From positions 19,723 to 83,722 of the forward strand of contig CAZLEF010000020.1 of NCBI GenBank assembly GCA_964558465.1: 64,000 bases of DNA, in the 5' to 3' direction. Position numbers and translations under genes: made by a program. Below, one piece after another: positions 63,701 to 64,000 of the stretch (position 1 is its first letter; each line of letters starts with the position of its first letter). Under the pieces are notes generated by a model. The model ran no database searches. It was not told the origin of the DNA and was given only the letters and a program-made list of their open reading frames with translations. Source of the DNA: an uncultured Lewinella sp. Its GTDB lineage: Bacteria; Bacteroidota; Bacteroidia; Chitinophagales; Saprospiraceae.

Positions 63701-64000
63701 TCTTCCAATGAATTGGAAGGCGACCTGTAAATGCCTGCATCGAGCGTGGGGTTGAAGGTATTGAGGGCCAGGGATACCAGCGGCGTCATTTCCAGGGTAG
63801 CAAGATCGACGTCGCTGTCCAATGAATCGTTGAGGGTCGCGTCGATCAGGGTATAGTGAAATCCTTCCGGCAGCGTGAACATGACGGAGTAGGAACCTGC
63901 CTGAAGGCCGGTAAACTCGTAATAACCGGTGTTATCGGTCTGGGTAGCGCCGATGACCTGGCCGCTGCCGTCCTTTAATTTGACCATAACGCCCTCCACA
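60784..64000 (-). CDS. Very large T9SS-sorted surface protein with SdrD B-like (Cna-B type) and PKD-like modules; N-terminus beyond the window
   Basis: More than 1071 aa. It has repeated [28 protein letters not shown]...[16 protein letters not shown] modules, repeated DPC(H/N)CLNN(A/S)TTE(H/D)NGQF modules, and a C-terminal T9SS-like domain ending [24 protein letters not shown]. Confidence 0.75.
   Translation of the reverse strand, partial: [1071 protein letters not shown]

Overview
This 64-kb window looks like a Bacteroidota chromosome. Supporting signs are T9SS C-terminal sorting domains, a ccmB/ccmC/ccmD-type cluster, xerC/D next to hpf, PSCyt/DUF1501 pairs and TAT-signal Gfo/Idh/MocA oxidoreductases. 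The GC-rich core (1-11.8 kb and 27.2-64 kb) carries ordinary housekeeping and envelope genes. Its intergenic spacers are unusually full of short tandem and dispersed repeat families. The main feature is a ~15-kb AT-rich segment (about 11.85-27.1 kb) between tRNA-Ser(UGA) and an ABC permease. Every supported ORF there is on the minus strand, and most are followed by a GC-rich imperfect palindrome. These palindromes share the architecture NNNNAAC-4nt-stem...stem-5nt-GTTNNNN. For six to seven units, the 7-mer at the 5' edge of the unit is the reverse complement of the AAC-box of that unit's own downstream palindrome. That is the signature of integron gene cassettes (attC R'/R''). No integrase is present in the window, so I read it as an integron-like cassette array lacking an integrase (CALIN-like). 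Its cargo includes a TIR-multiTM protein, an ORC/Cdc6-like AAA+ ATPase and a large unknown protein. The unknown protein shares a helical adaptor-like module with the TIR protein. Other cargo is a two-repeat membrane protein with an in-frame TAG, a serine hydrolase and several gene fragments. The array also holds two copies of a ~0.5-kb MITE-like element with terminal inverted repeats. It further holds two copies of a ~0.4-0.6-kb GC-rich ORF-less element, and each copy ends exactly at a cassette 5' boundary (attI-like site or structured RNA candidate). All functional calls come from reading the translated ORFs by eye; no searches were run. Coordinates of non-ORF elements are good to about +/-2 nt.
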